From Nemertoderma westbladi (Eukaryota; Animalia; Xenacoelomorpha), in contig JAUCBJ010000128.1 of NCBI GenBank assembly GCA_032718475.1, forward strand, positions 9,514 to 73,513: a DNA stretch of 64,000 nt. Reading direction: 5' to 3'. Under the pieces are notes generated by a model, which had not been told where the DNA came from, did no database searches, and was given only the letters and a program-made list of their open reading frames with translations. Position 1 is the first letter of the stretch. Each line of letters begins with the position of its first letter. Both the position numbers and the translations under genes were made by a program. Below are positions 36,860 to 49,749 of the stretch, in pieces.

Positions 36860-39800
36860 TGTGGGGCGAGCCACGAAGTGAGTGAGCCTTAGCGTAGTGG
36901 TACCATTAATCAACCTGTGGGGCGAGCCACGAAGTGAGTGAGCCTTAGCGTAGTGGTACCATTAATCAACCTGTCGTTCTGTCGTTCTGTCGTTCTGTCG
37001 TTCTGTCGCGTTCAATTTTAAACGTTAATAACTCGGCCAATCTTTGATGAAATCTATCCAAACTTGGTACACATGTTGTTTGGCAAAAGTTTAGAAATTT
37101 TCCAAGTAGAATTTCAGTGTGGCCTTCGAGAAGCTAAGATAATAGCAGTTAATTAGTTAATTAAGTTATTACGGTAAAAACACCATTTTCAACCTGCCTT
37201 TTAAAGGAAATTAATTGTTTTACAGTATAAGATTTAAATAATTATAATTAAAAATTATACAGATGTAATCCCCATACGCCATTCTATTATAGTTTTTAAT
37301 TAGTTCAAGTGATTTGCTTTAATAATTGTGTCTTTAATTGATCTAAAGTAATTAAAACGGCAAAAAAAATTTATTCTCATTAAATACTGCTCATTTATTG
37401 GCCAACATGCTGGTACATAGATGGGATGTGTGTGTCATTCCCAGTTGCTGGGAATGATTATTGGTCAAGTCTCTGCTGCTGGCTGGGAGTTGTTGCTAAG
37501 ACTAACCAGAGAGGAATAGTAATAGACAACCAGTATTGCTATTCCAGCCCAGACAGCATTCTTTAAATTCACTATAAATGTTGTATTGCTATCTCAGGTG
37601 AATGACAGATATCATAACATAAATACTATCCATGGCATGGCTGTTGTGTAGGCTTCTGAAATAGTTTATTCCACAATGTATATGTCTGGTTATTTTTTAA
37701 TTGAATTTTTGCAAAGTAGTAAAATTAATGTTCTTAAAAATAATATTATTATTTTATATGTAACCTAGGAAATTAGCTACATTTTTTCGCTGCAGCTTTA
37801 AGAGTGTACATTAATTTAATATTATTTCAATACCCATATTACTACATCGGCATAAGATGCGTTGGCGTTGTATCACACATCTCCACATATCACACATATC
37901 CACATAGATGTATCAACAGTTACTCGCACAGTTTCGAAACTTCGCATAGTTATAACTGTATAAAGATCGTCAGTCTGCGTTTAGGAAAAATATTTTATAA
38001 CAAAACTGGACAAGCGACGAGCGCAACGAGGCATATAATGAAGACGAGTACTGCGTTGACTAAATTATTATATAAACCACCTGGCTTCACATATTGATCG
38101 CATCCCTAGTTATTATTATTATAAAGAACGTCCTAGCCTGCGTTTAAGAAATATATTTAAATACAAAACAGGACGAACGCAACGAGGCTTATAATGAATA
38201 CGAGTACTGCGTTTATTATATTCCTATAAACCACCTGGCTTTGCATATTGAACGTGCGATTGGAAATAAGTTCGTGCTACCCTTCCGTGGGTGGTAGATG
38301 TCGCGGTTATGTATTGGTGGTTGGGAAGGGTGGGGGGGGGGGGGGGGATTAAAAGGGGTGAACACGTACTGTCCCCCTTTCTTTGATTGATTGGTGGTGT
38401 GGGTAAATTTCTCAAAACCTGATTTTGTGATACAGTCGCTCAATTTTAATTTGTATCTCATAACTGGGCCTCGTGCTGCGCGAAGGCCCCACGAACGTGT
38501 CGTTCTGTCGTTCTGTCGTGTTCAATTTTAAACGTTAATAACTCGGCCAATCTTTGATGAAATCTATCCAAACTTGGTACACATGTTCTTTGGCAAAAGT
38601 TTAGAAATTTTCCAAGTGGAATTTCAGTGTGGCCTTCGAGAAGCTAAGATAATAGCAGTTAATTAGTTAATTAAGTTATTACGGTAAAAACACCATTTTC
38701 AACCTGCCTTTTAAAGGAAATTAATTGTTTTACAGTATAAGATTTAAATAATTATAATTAAAAATTATACAGATGTAATCCACATACTCCATTCTATTAT
38801 AGTTTTTAATTAGTTCAAGTGATTTGCTTTAATAATTGTGTCTTTAATTGATCTAAAGTAATTAAAACGGCAAAAAAATTTATTCTCATTAAATACTGCT
38901 CATTATTGGCCAACATGCTGGTACATAGATGGGATGTGTGTGTCATTCCCAGTTGCTGGGAATGATTATTGGTCAAGTCTCTGCTGCTGGCTGGGAGTTG
39001 TTGCTAAGACTAACCAGAGAGGAATAGTAATAGACAACCAGTATTGCTATTCCAGCCCAGACAGCATTCTTTAAATTCACTATAAATGTTGTATTGCTAT
39101 CTCAGGTGAATGACAGATATCATAACATAAATACTATCCATGGCATGGCTGTTGTGTAGGCTTCTGAAATAGTTTATTCCACAATGTATATGTCTGGTTA
39201 TTTTTTAATTGAATTTTTGCAAAGTAGTAAAATTAATGTTCTTAAAAATAATATTATTATTTTATATGTAACCTAGGAAATTAGCTACATTTTTTCGCTG
39301 CAGCTTTAAGAGTGTACATTAATTTAATATTATTTCAATACCCATATTACTACATCGGCATAAGATGCGTTGGCGTTGTATCACACATCTCCACATATCA
39401 CACATATCCACATAGATGTATCAACAGTTACTCGCACAGTTTCGAAACTTCGCATAGTTATAACTGTATAAAGATCGTCAGTCTGCGTTTAGGAAAAATA
39501 TTTTATAACAAAACAGGACAAGCGACGAGCGCAACGAGGCATATAATGAAGACGAGTACTGCGTTGACTAAATTATTATATAAACCACCTGGCTTCACAT
39601 ATTGATCGCATCCCTAGTTATTATTATTATAAAGAACGTCCTAGCCTGCGTTTAAGAAATATATTTAAATACAAAACAGGACGAACGCAACGAGGCTTAT
39701 AATGAATACGAGTACTGCGTTTATTATATTCCTATAAACCACCTGGCTTTGCATATTGAACGTGCGATTGGAAATAAGTTCGTGCTACCCTTCCGTGGGT

Positions 39801-40007
39801 GGTAGATGTCGCGGTTATGTATTGGTGGTTGGGAAGGGTGGGGGGGGGGGGGGGGATTAAAAGGGGTGAACACGTACTGTCCCCCTTTCTTTGATTGATT
39901 GGTGGTGTGGGTAAATTTCTCAAAACCTGATTTTGTGATACAGTCGCTCAATTTTAATTTGTATCTCATAACTGGGCCTCGTGCTGCGCGAAGGCCCCAC
40001 GAACGTG
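36860..40007 (+). mobile_element. Helentron/DINE-1-like non-autonomous element with a duplicated 56-bp head and two head-to-tail 1508-bp bodies
   Basis: 5' TGTGGGGCGAGCCACGAAGT occurs twice (36860, 36916), followed by a (CTGTCGTT)n microsatellite and near-identical units ending CGTGCTGCGCGAAGGCCCCACGAACGTG at 38499 and 40007. The same termini occur at 46772-48657. Confidence 0.7.
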
Positions 40008-40043
40008 TTTGTACTGTAGGGGTAATTACTGTAGCGTTTGTAC

Positions 40044-43000
40044 TGTAGGTGTAGGTAAACTAGTTACAGGCACACGGGGGGGGGGGGGGGGGGGGGGACT
40101 GGGCTGCAGTGATTTCCAGGAATATTAGTATTAGGTTACTACGTACGCCTTCCACCAAGTCAACTCTCAAGGTATCAATACACACATGGGGCTAGGTGGA
40201 TTACAAACGAGGTATACAAAGAGCACGTGATCTGGGATAGGCTGGCTGCCTGGCCGCACCTGTGGCAAGACATAGGTAGCAGGGAGATGGGATATTGGCC
40301 TTGCCGGCTGGAGGCAGGGACAGGAATGTGCAATTAGGCGGTCAATACGTACTACATTATGTACTAGTTTATTGTTATATTGGGGGGGTTTCAGTAGGTT
40401 TTAGTTTTAGGTATTAGGATTATGTACTTAATTAGGGTTTTTGCTACGTATGGGTGCCAGGCTGGGGTCTTAAACCCCCATTCTGGCTCATTACTAGGGA
40501 ATATTCATCCGCGCTACCAGGGTACATTATACACAGACTAGCACTATTGGTTCAGTTGGTTTGGTGACAGAGTGGAAGGTGATATTGTTGTTTTATGGCA
40601 CATAGTTCTTTAGTAGTACAGATTCCTTATTCATTTTACGTATTCACTTATATTATTGCCTTATTTACTTATGCATATCTGATTTATTGTTTGTTATCTG
40701 TTTACATTCTGTTTATATTCTGTATTACTATGGTGCTGTGTAGGGATCGGCCTGCACAGACACCACACTGGAGCGTTTAGTTATCAGTTTCCTTTCCACC
40801 GGACGGGCGGGTTACCTGATTTGGGCGGTCCAGTGGGGAACTCATCATTACATGATATTTACGCCACTACACCAACCCAAAAATAAAACAACATCACGAG
40901 CGGGGGCTGTCTCAGAAAACGACAGCCTCGATAACGACACTACAAAGACCCGCGACGCGGCTTCCCGCGAACCGGCAGACTGGCCTTAAAAAACTGTAAG
41001 ATAGGCCAAAAAGGTATTCCATTATTCTGTAACTCAGACCTGTCAGTCCCTCCATAGGCTACCGTACCTAGGATGTCAGACAGTCTACTTTCTGGCAGTC
41101 AGCCAGCGACAGCACCTGGCCAGGTTGAGCCCAGGGCTCAACCCGCCACTGGCGGGGCAGCAACGGCTGTCCCAGCTACAGCCTCGAGTCCCTTCTCGGA
41201 CCTGAGGAACCCGGTATCGGGATGCGGAAGCCCAGTGGGCCCGAGCTCCCAGGAATCCCCACCTATCCCGTCGACGGAAGGATCCGTCGGGCGGCCGGCC
41301 GGGACCACGACACCCGATGAAACACGGACGTGGATAGACGAGTTAACCACGGCAGCGACGCAGTCACTCCCGACTGAGTTACCACAACGAGGAGAACCAC
41401 CACCACCTCCCGCCGGTCCGGCACGGTTCCCAGAGGAACACCAACGCCGGGAGAGATCGAGATCACCTCCCTCCAGACCGGAGCCGGCGATAGATGACGA
41501 CAAGGGAAGCGGGGTGGACCCAGACCGGGAACCCTCGCAATTAATCCCAGCACTACCCAAACATCCAGCCCGAGGACGCTCGCAAGAAAGAAGCGATCGG
41601 ACGAACCCGATGGGACGGCCCAACGGGACAACGAACCGGAGGAAGCTCCGTTCTTCCTCGGACCCCAACCGGCCCCTAGCGCAGCTTGACACAGGGGTGA
41701 TCGAGCGAGCGGGGCGACATTTTCGATTACAGCGAAGACGATTGGAGACCTGGGCGACTGCCAGACGACCGGATATCGACCTGGCGGCAGCCTTAGAGGT
41801 AGTCAACGACTACGTCAGGATTCTTGGAGAGCAAGGCGCCGAGGAGGAAGCCAAACACTGGGAGACGGACATCGGGGGAATATTGGACGATGCGTTTGAT
41901 AAATGTTTATTCAACCAACAGGTAAGGGTGGGAAACATTTTTATAGGGACACCCAGCCAGCCACAAAACGGCTGGACTGGCATAACCCTAGCCGGTGACG
42001 GCAGAGACCAGGATGAGATACAACCTGGGGACAGTGCGAGTCAGCCGCGTGGTTCAAATTCGAACGCGTCTGACTCCATTCAAAACCGAGTGGAGTATGA
42101 AGAGGCTCTCTTTGAGATGGAAAGGCTCGACCGAGAGGAAACTCTTGAGCGAGAATTAATGAACCAAAAACTTGAATGTGAGAGGGTTGCGCGTGAGGCG
42201 GCCCAGAGAGTGATTGAGGCGGCCCAACGAGCGGACAGCGAGGAGATAGCGAGAGAGAAATTGCGGGCTGATAATAAAGTGAGAGACGAGGCGCGTTTAT
42301 TAGCGATACGTAAGTTAGCGATGGCGCAAGCGCGCGGGGTGAAAGGGGGCTCCACTGCGGGTAGCGGTGTGGGATCCAGAGTGAGCAATAACAGTGTATG
42401 TTCAGCGAGAGCGAGTTCGGGCCAATGAACTAGCGAATTGAGCAGACCCGCCTCGGTAATCGGGCTCCATAGGGGCCCAGCTCATCCGGCTAGAAAACAG
42501 CCGGTTGGGCCGGGTGGAGCCAGTGTGCCAGGGAGTGGTGAATTTGGGGGCGTACCTGTAGGAGTAGCTGCAGCAACTATAGCACCCACAGTAAGCACCC
42601 CACCGATAGTTGTAGTACCTACGGTAGTAACTACACACACCACTACACCTACTATAAGCACTACACCTAATATAATTCCCACAGTTATAAGAGGAACGAG
42701 TTTTTATGGCGGCCCGGGTATTTTTACGGGTCCGCCTCCGCCTGGCGCTACCAGGAATGGCGGCCCGGGTATTTTTATGGGTCCGCCTCCGCCTGGTGCA
42801 ACCAGGATCACAGCGATACAGGAGCTGCCTCCGGCTACCATGAAACCTCCTCACGTAGTACCGGCCGTAGTGGTCGTCGATACTGACGAGGTAAACGAAC
42901 CGAGAGGATCAGCAATGTATTACCCCACCCAGAATCGGGGTGGGCCTCCAGCAGAGGAGGCGACACAGGGGGAGCGAGAAGGAGAGCTCCAGGTTGGACA

Positions 43001-45580
43001 GGGGGAGCCTGCAGTAGGGTTCCGAGTAACACAGGGGGAGGCAGACACCGCCTCCACACACACACAGAGCCACGCCTCGAGGGAGGCGGACCACCAGGGC
43101 TTAAGAGTGCTAACCTCCCTCAAATTTCTGCAAGATAATACTGGTAAGTTAATTATCGCAGAACAAGGGGAACAGGGGAGTTCCCCTACAGCGAACTCGA
43201 GGGGACTTCGAGTAGGGGCCCCAGAATTCGCGCCGGCGGTAGGTAACACCACCAGCCGGGGGAGAGTAAACAGACAGAGCGGGACCGTCGGATTTGCCCC
43301 GCGAACGGTGCTGACAATCAGTGAGACTGCAGCCCGAACAGGGGACCTGCAGACGGACAGAGGGGATGGACGGGAGTCAGCCTCCGAGAGGCCCGACTCA
43401 ACCGCCCACAGGAGTAGGCCAGAGTCGAGGTATCTGGCGGAGCTCTGCAGAAAAGGGGGCTCACCGAGCCCCCCCCCCACGAACAACAACGCGTTCATTT
43501 GGGAACTCTGAATGGCCCCAACAGAATTCCATATATGAACGTATAACTCACCCAGACCCTCCCCCTTCAGGGAGGCGAACGGGCGAGTCCCCAGGTAGAG
43601 AACAATACCCGGATTACCCACGCCCGGGAAGTCGGTTGGGTGAACCGGGGTTTGAGCTACCTCCACTTGCGTACCCGACCAACAGGGTCGGACGGTATAT
43701 AGACCCCTTCGGACCGTCGGAGGAGCCTACGTCAACACGGGCGGACTCATCACCGCGCGTGTACAATGACACAAACTCAACCCACGACAACGAGGCGGTT
43801 TCGACAGCGAAAATGCTCCACATTATACGTGAGCAGAATGAGCTGCCAAAATCCTTAGCCTTTTAAATTCGACGGGAAACACCCCGAGGAATACATACAA
43901 TTTCGGGCTCTGTTTTCCAACGAAATTCTAACAAAGGAAATGTCAGACACCCGTCGACTAACCTATTTGGCGACTTATCTAGCGGGTGACCCGAGGAAAC
44001 TCGTTAATCGTTTCCAGGGCCAGTTGAATGGGTTCAGGAAGGCCTGGAAGGCGATAGAGGATCGGTATGGCGATCCGGAACGGATCATTGATGACGCCAT
44101 ATTCCACCTCACTGATGGGGTGAGGGTTGAAACACCCGACGAAATGACTGAATACAGCGATCGAATAAACCAGCTGATTAATTCCATCGAGACGATGGGC
44201 GAGACCTACCATCTCAAGGCGGGCGGGCTGCTGAATCAAGTGGTTGATGTATTACCACTACATCTGCGTCGCAGCTGGGCACAGCAAGTGACAAAGATTA
44301 CAGCTACGCAACATCGCCGAGCAACGCTAGGAGAGTTTGCTGACTTCATGGAGTACAAGTCAGCGAGTGCTAATCAGCGCTGTTTAAAATACCCCAAGGA
44401 TAAAGGGCGAAGTCGACAGGAACAGGGAGACCGGGGAAAAAGGGAATACCCCACGGGTCGTTTCAAATCCAATTGGAAGTCGAGCGACACCCAAAAATTC
44501 GCCTGTAACAACGTTGGGGACAACAACTACAGGGGTAGGCCATCGGAACCGGCGCATAATTGGGCACCGGGCCGATCGCCTTCGCGGGAGAGCAGTCGGG
44601 GCGGGTCGACCCCACCAACTAACAGTCGACAGGTCCGCTTCGAAGAATCTAAAAGCGGAAGCGCCCCACCCACAGCGAGCAGGGGAAGTGGGCAATGGGT
44701 GAAAGATGTCTTCCGTATAGACATCGGGGAGTTCCCTTTCAACGAAGAAAGGTATTGCCAGTTCCATAGGGGAACGTCTCACAGAACGATTGAGTGCAGA
44801 AACTGGCAGAAGATGGATGCCGACACACACAAGGCGTATGCTAGGAAGCATCACTTGTGTTGGACTTGTGCTCGAACAGGGCACTCTGGGCGGGCATGCC
44901 CATACGATAGTAAGAACACAGAGGGGGATGGTAAGTCCACCGAGCAGCAGGCGCATAAACAGGCGGATAGTAGCACAGCGGGGGAGAGGGTGGCCGATAA
45001 ACAGGTGGCCTTCCCTGTCTTTCCCATGAGACGGAGGTTGCGGAAACCACCGAAGATTAAACCCTATGTGTACCTGAGGATTGTTGCATTAGCGGTATGT
45101 GATAACCACGGTCAGCAGGTAACCACTTTGGGGCTCTTAGACGGAGGTTCAGCGATAACGATGATGGACAGAGTGGTTGCAGACCGCCTTCAAGTTAAAC
45201 GAAGGAAGGCATTTATGCAACTCTGTACCATCGCTAATCCGGACAGAGACGTAGAGTACGACTTGATTCTATGTCGATTAAAATCTATTGTGACATATTC
45301 CCAATATAAGTCGGACCTTGTTGAGGCTCGGGTTCTACCCGAGCTCAATGTACCGGCAGACCGGCCCTCGGCCGATGAAATCCAGCAATACACATACGCC
45401 CGAGGACTGAACTTTAACATACCCAATGACCTGGATGTACCCTATTTATCAGTACTTATTGGTATAGATTGCCCAGGTTCTCACCGGCTACTGCAACCTA
45501 CCATCGAAGGACCAGACCCCGAAAGGGACCCTCAGGTCATGCTAACCCCATATGTTTGGTGTATGACGGGACCTGTCTGA
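40044..45580 (+). mobile_element. BEL/Pao LTR retrotransposon C, 3'-truncated after the protease (probable 5' LTR ~40044/40050-40871)
   Basis: Candidate LTR has TGTAG...CTACA ends. Gag fragments 41073-45580 carry FKFDG, LTYLATYLAGDP, Cys/His knuckles and GLLDGGS, and the sequence breaks off at VWCMTGP. There is no second LTR, so the LTR limits are inferred. Confidence 0.8.
41073..45580 (+). pseudogene. Element C gag-protease (one in-frame TGA, two frameshifts)
   Basis: ORFs 41073..42428, 42438..43511, 43321..43866 and 43940..45580 are collinear with the gag-PR of B and D. Confidence 0.85.
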
Positions 45581-45730
45581 AATCCGTCTGAAAGTGTTTG
45601 AAATTTCTGTTGGATGTTGTTGGAAGCTATCTGAAGTTGTCTGAAGCTGTTTGAAATTGTCTGAAACTGTTGGAAGTTGTCTGAAGATGTTTGACGCCAT
45701 CGGAATTTGTTGGAATTTGCCAATGCGTTA
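45575..45730. repeat. ~10-bp degenerate tandem repeat (TGTCTGAARY/TGTTGGAARY)
   Basis: Directly visible. The same repeat in the same orientation occurs at 49580-49695. Confidence 0.85.
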
Positions 45731-46771
45731 CAAAAGCGTAGTTCATTAACAAAATGTCAATCACTTTTACTCTCAATTTGAAGTGATTGTGAGGGTGTGC
45801 TATTGTCAATTATAAACCGAAACAAAGATTTGTTTCATTTAACAATTTTTATTTACATAATTATGTCGTTAATTATATCAATTAATTAACTACAATGCAT
45901 AAACGAATAATAAATTCCTATAATATAAATTCCGATAAATGAATATAATAACACCAACCATGGAATACTAAATATACTAAATTTAATTCCTTAATTTAAT
46001 TAGAAATGTAAATAATGCTATAAATATATTAGTTTCTTTGACGTAGGGCACTAAATACTGCACATAAACAGATATAAACACAAACAGATTAAGCAAACAG
46101 TAAATATAATTACAATGAGTGAAAAAAATATTTTTGGTTAATTTTATTAGTTGTGTTGAAAGAGCATCGAAATGAAAAGGTTTGCACGTAATACTTCTAG
46201 CCCAACTATTTTTTCGCGCACCTACCCTATTTGAGTAAATTACATTCACACACTCAAAAGTTATTGCAACTTTAGTCTCTGCAAGGCGAACTTCGAAACG
46301 GAACTCCATATCCAATATTGGTTTATAGTTAAGCGGTTCCCTAGTTACGAAATAAATATTCGAGAACAATAAATTATTTAACATTGAGTAAGGCAGCATT
46401 TAGGCAGAATTTAGGAACAAACAAGTACATATTTAAGAATAAAATTACGTATACATGGGAAAACTTATTTTGAATAATAATTATCACTACCCTTTAGTAA
46501 TGATGGGTCGAAAGTCCCCCCTAGCCCTTCACAAGGGAGGGTGGACGTAGGGACGGGGCTCAACGCCAACATATCGTGATAGTTTGTCACATTGGAAGGG
46601 GAGGGGGGGGGGGGGGGGGGGGGTGTGATGAAACGTGGCTGTTAATGTTAAACGTGAATGAATTAATATCATAAAGTAGTATTGACCATTACGCACAACC
46701 ATAATAGATTAGATAGAGAATTGGGAATGTGAAGGCCCTTGTTTTCACGTGACTGCCATGCCATATTATGA

Positions 46772-48657
46772 TGTGGGGCGAGCCACGAAGTTGGCGGAGC
46801 CTTAGCGAATTGACACTGTTAGGGGGTGGGTCAATTTATGCAAATAGTTGTCGTCGTCGTCGTCGTCGTTGTCGTCGTCGTCGTCGTTGTCGTCGTCGTC
46901 GTCGTCGTCGTCGTTACGATTTTGACATGCTAATAACTTTGTCGGATTTAAAGCTGCCAAGTTGAAAATTTGTAGGTATCAATATGAGCAAAAGTTGAGA
47001 TTTTTGAGAGACTTTCAGACACCATCAGTGCAATGGTCTCCCGCTAGAGGGCCACATGTCTAAACATTAAATGCCCTCCCATTTCTTTGCTTTTAATCCG
47101 TTTAAGCTGAAACTTGGCAGATATGTATTAGACCATTAGCTGTGACTTTCAAAGGAGGCGAATCCATCTGCAGTTCTCCAGTCTGCCGCTAGAGGGCCAA
47201 AGGTCTGAAAGTGAAATCGTTGTCGTCGTTACGATTTTGACATGCTAATAACTTTGTCGGATTTAAAGCTGCCAAGTTGAAAATTTGTAGGTATCAATAT
47301 GAGCTAAAGTTGAGACGTTTGAGAGACTTTCAGACACCATCAGAGCAATAGTCTCCTGCTAGAGGGCCACATGTCTAAACGTTAAATGTCCTCCCATTTC
47401 TTTGCTTTTAATCCATTTATGCTGAAATTTGGCAGATATGTACTAGACCATTAGCTGTGACTTTGAAAGAAGGAATTGAATTGAATTGAATTGAAGGCTA
47501 ATCCGTGTGCAGTTCTTCAGTCTGCCGCTAGAGGGCGAAATGTTTGAAAGTGAAATCTTTCTCCCATCTCGTTATTTATGATCCGTTCAAGCTGAAACGT
47601 AGCAGATATGTAGTAGAAGTCGGCCTGAGTCTTTGGTGGGCAGTAAACGGTCTGGAGTCCTCCAGTCTGCCGCTAGAGGGCGAAATGTATAACTGTCCCC
47701 AATTCCTTGATATTAATTTATTTAAAGTGAATATTGGCATATGTACTAGAGCACATGCTGCGTCTTTCTGAGGAAGGTGGTCGATCTGCATTTCTCCAGT
47801 CTGCCGCTAGAGGTAAGCGGAAATTCAAGACGCTGGTCACACTACTAAACGCATTATTTCAACATTCTCAAATATACGCTCCATAAATATTTCATGTTAA
47901 TATTTTATTGATAATCAAGATATAAACCAAGCGGAATTGGGGTGTAAACGTTAAGCAGACACCTGGTGCAGACACCTGGTGCAGACACCTGGTGCAGACA
48001 ACTGGTGCAGACACCTGGTGCAGACACCTGGTGCAGACACCTGGTGCAGACACCTGGTGCAGACACCTGGTGTAGACACCTGGTGCAGACACCTGGTGGG
48101 TGCAGACACCTGGTGGGTGCAGACACCTGGTGCAGACACCTGGTGCAGACACCTGGTGCAGACACCTGGTGCAGACACCTGGTGCAGACACCTGGTGGGT
48201 GCAGACACCTGGTGCAGACACCTGGTGCAGACAGTTAGGCAGACCGGTACTGAAATGAATTACACAATAGCCTACATTCGCAGAAAAGCCTTTCTAGAAT
48301 TATCACTTATGACTACTTATTTGCGTGCATTTTTCACTGGGATTGGCTGCGTGCGTGTCTAGCGTCGTCTCTTTGATTACGTTGAACCATTGGCAATATA
48401 CAGAATGTTTTGATTGGACCTATAGGACTATGAACTTTGCGTGGAAGAATATAATGGTAGAAATCATAACAAATAATACTCATATAACTTATATTTCGGC
48501 AGTTCTTTTAAATATGTAAACCTCTACCGGACTGCTGATTCATATACATTCCTAACATTCCACACCACATTCCAATAATATCCTAATACAGTAATACTTT
48601 CGAATTAGTACTTAAATTAAATTTAAGTCACGTGCTGCGCGAAGGCCCCACTTCGTG
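46772..48657 (+). mobile_element. Second Helentron/DINE-like element with a (GTC)n microsatellite, ~135-170 bp internal repeats and a 13-bp minisatellite
   Basis: Begins TGTGGGGCGAGCCACGAAGT and ends CGTGCTGCGCGAAGGCCCCACTTCGTG, matching the termini of 36860-40007 while the interior differs. Confidence 0.75.
47955..48232. repeat. 13-bp minisatellite (GCAGACACCTGGT)n, ~20 copies
   Basis: Directly visible. It explains five overlapping repetitive ORFs. Confidence 0.97.
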
Positions 48658-48674
48658 TAATGTATATCCGCCAT

Positions 48675-48761
48675 GGGAGAAAACGAAATTGCGACAACTA
48701 TGGAGAATCGGGAAGCCTGGAAGGATGTCATTTCCACTGTCCGAGTTCGCTCGACTTAGTA
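48675..48761 (+). mobile_element. 87-bp extreme 5'-truncated RTE LINE insertion
   Basis: 13-bp TSD GTATATCCGCCAT (48662-48674, 48762-48774). It encodes GENEIATTMENREAWKDVISTVRVRST* (RTE M.DR..W C-terminus) and has a TAGTA tail. Confidence 0.85.
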
Positions 48762-49579
48762 GTATATCCGCCATTGACGTACTGTTGTTATGTAAAAGGT
48801 AGACCTAATCACACCAGTTACTAATTAAAATAATGTCTTAATAACTAATTATATTCATTCATACAATAAGCAATGTAGCCAATTAAGGCTGTGATTGACA
48901 AAGGCTGTGGTTAACCGCACAATTAATTAATTGAAAAAACAAAAATCAAACTAGTAGAGATCATATCCAAACCTGTATAAATATAAATAAACGCAACGAT
49001 ATAACTAACACATGTACATACACTATATTAACTGTAGAGGGGGATACTGTCTCTCCTGCGAAAAGCAAAATATATTTATCAGTATTTTAATTAATGTAAC
49101 TTAAAGAAATTGAGCCTTATTCGAAGAAATTCTACATGGGCATTTTGGACCTATACCGCCACTGCTTGGCTCTTTGGAAGTGTATTTCCGTAAAGCTCTA
49201 TTGTATGGCTCTAGACAAACCCAAAGCAACATTAGTATGTGAACACAGAATTCCATTCCCCATTCATTTCAATGGTAGCCAACTTGTCTTTCTTGTATTG
49301 GGGGTAGACCACTGGTTAGCTTTCTGCTATTGTGTTATTCAAAGATAGCGGCAGGAATAAAGAGAAATACCGACCTCACTAATGGGCTGTTCCTTCAGGT
49401 CAGCTTAAGTTACAGTGTGAATGTTCAAGGGCGCCGCCAGTGGCCAGTCCACTCTGTCGTTATTGTGGCTTTATGAATGGAGTTCCTTTAGTAGTTTCAA
49501 AAGCTTTCATTCTATCTGCGCGCAAGAAGATGGGAGTTGAGTTGGGGTTGCGGTTGAGTGTGGGTGGAGTGATTGACAG

Positions 49580-49749
49580 GTTGTTGGAAGTTGTCTGATT
49601 CTGTTTGAAACTGTCTGAATCTGTTTGAAACTGTCTGAATCTGTTTGAAGTTGTTGGACTGTTGGAGTTTGTCTGAAAGTGTTTGAAGCTGTTGGATCCG
49701 ATCGGTTCAGATCGGATCCGATGGCACTCTGTTGGTGAGCTGGACTGTA
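49580..49749. repeat. 10-bp repeat block plus hairpin, probable transposon end
   Basis: Repeats as at 45575-45730, then the stem-loop GGATCCGATC-GGTTCA-GATCGGATCC, ending ..GGACTG|TA. Confidence 0.6.

Noticed and set aside
37804-39969. Duplicated 97-aa and 81-aa ORFs
   Set aside because: They are chance ORFs copied with the 1508-bp tandem unit.
45983-46399. 138-aa minus-strand ORF as a transposase or viral gene
   Set aside because: I recognise no motif in this AT-rich ORF and cannot support a call without a search.
47892-48362. Repetitive Cys/His ORFs
   Set aside because: They are translations of the 13-bp minisatellite.
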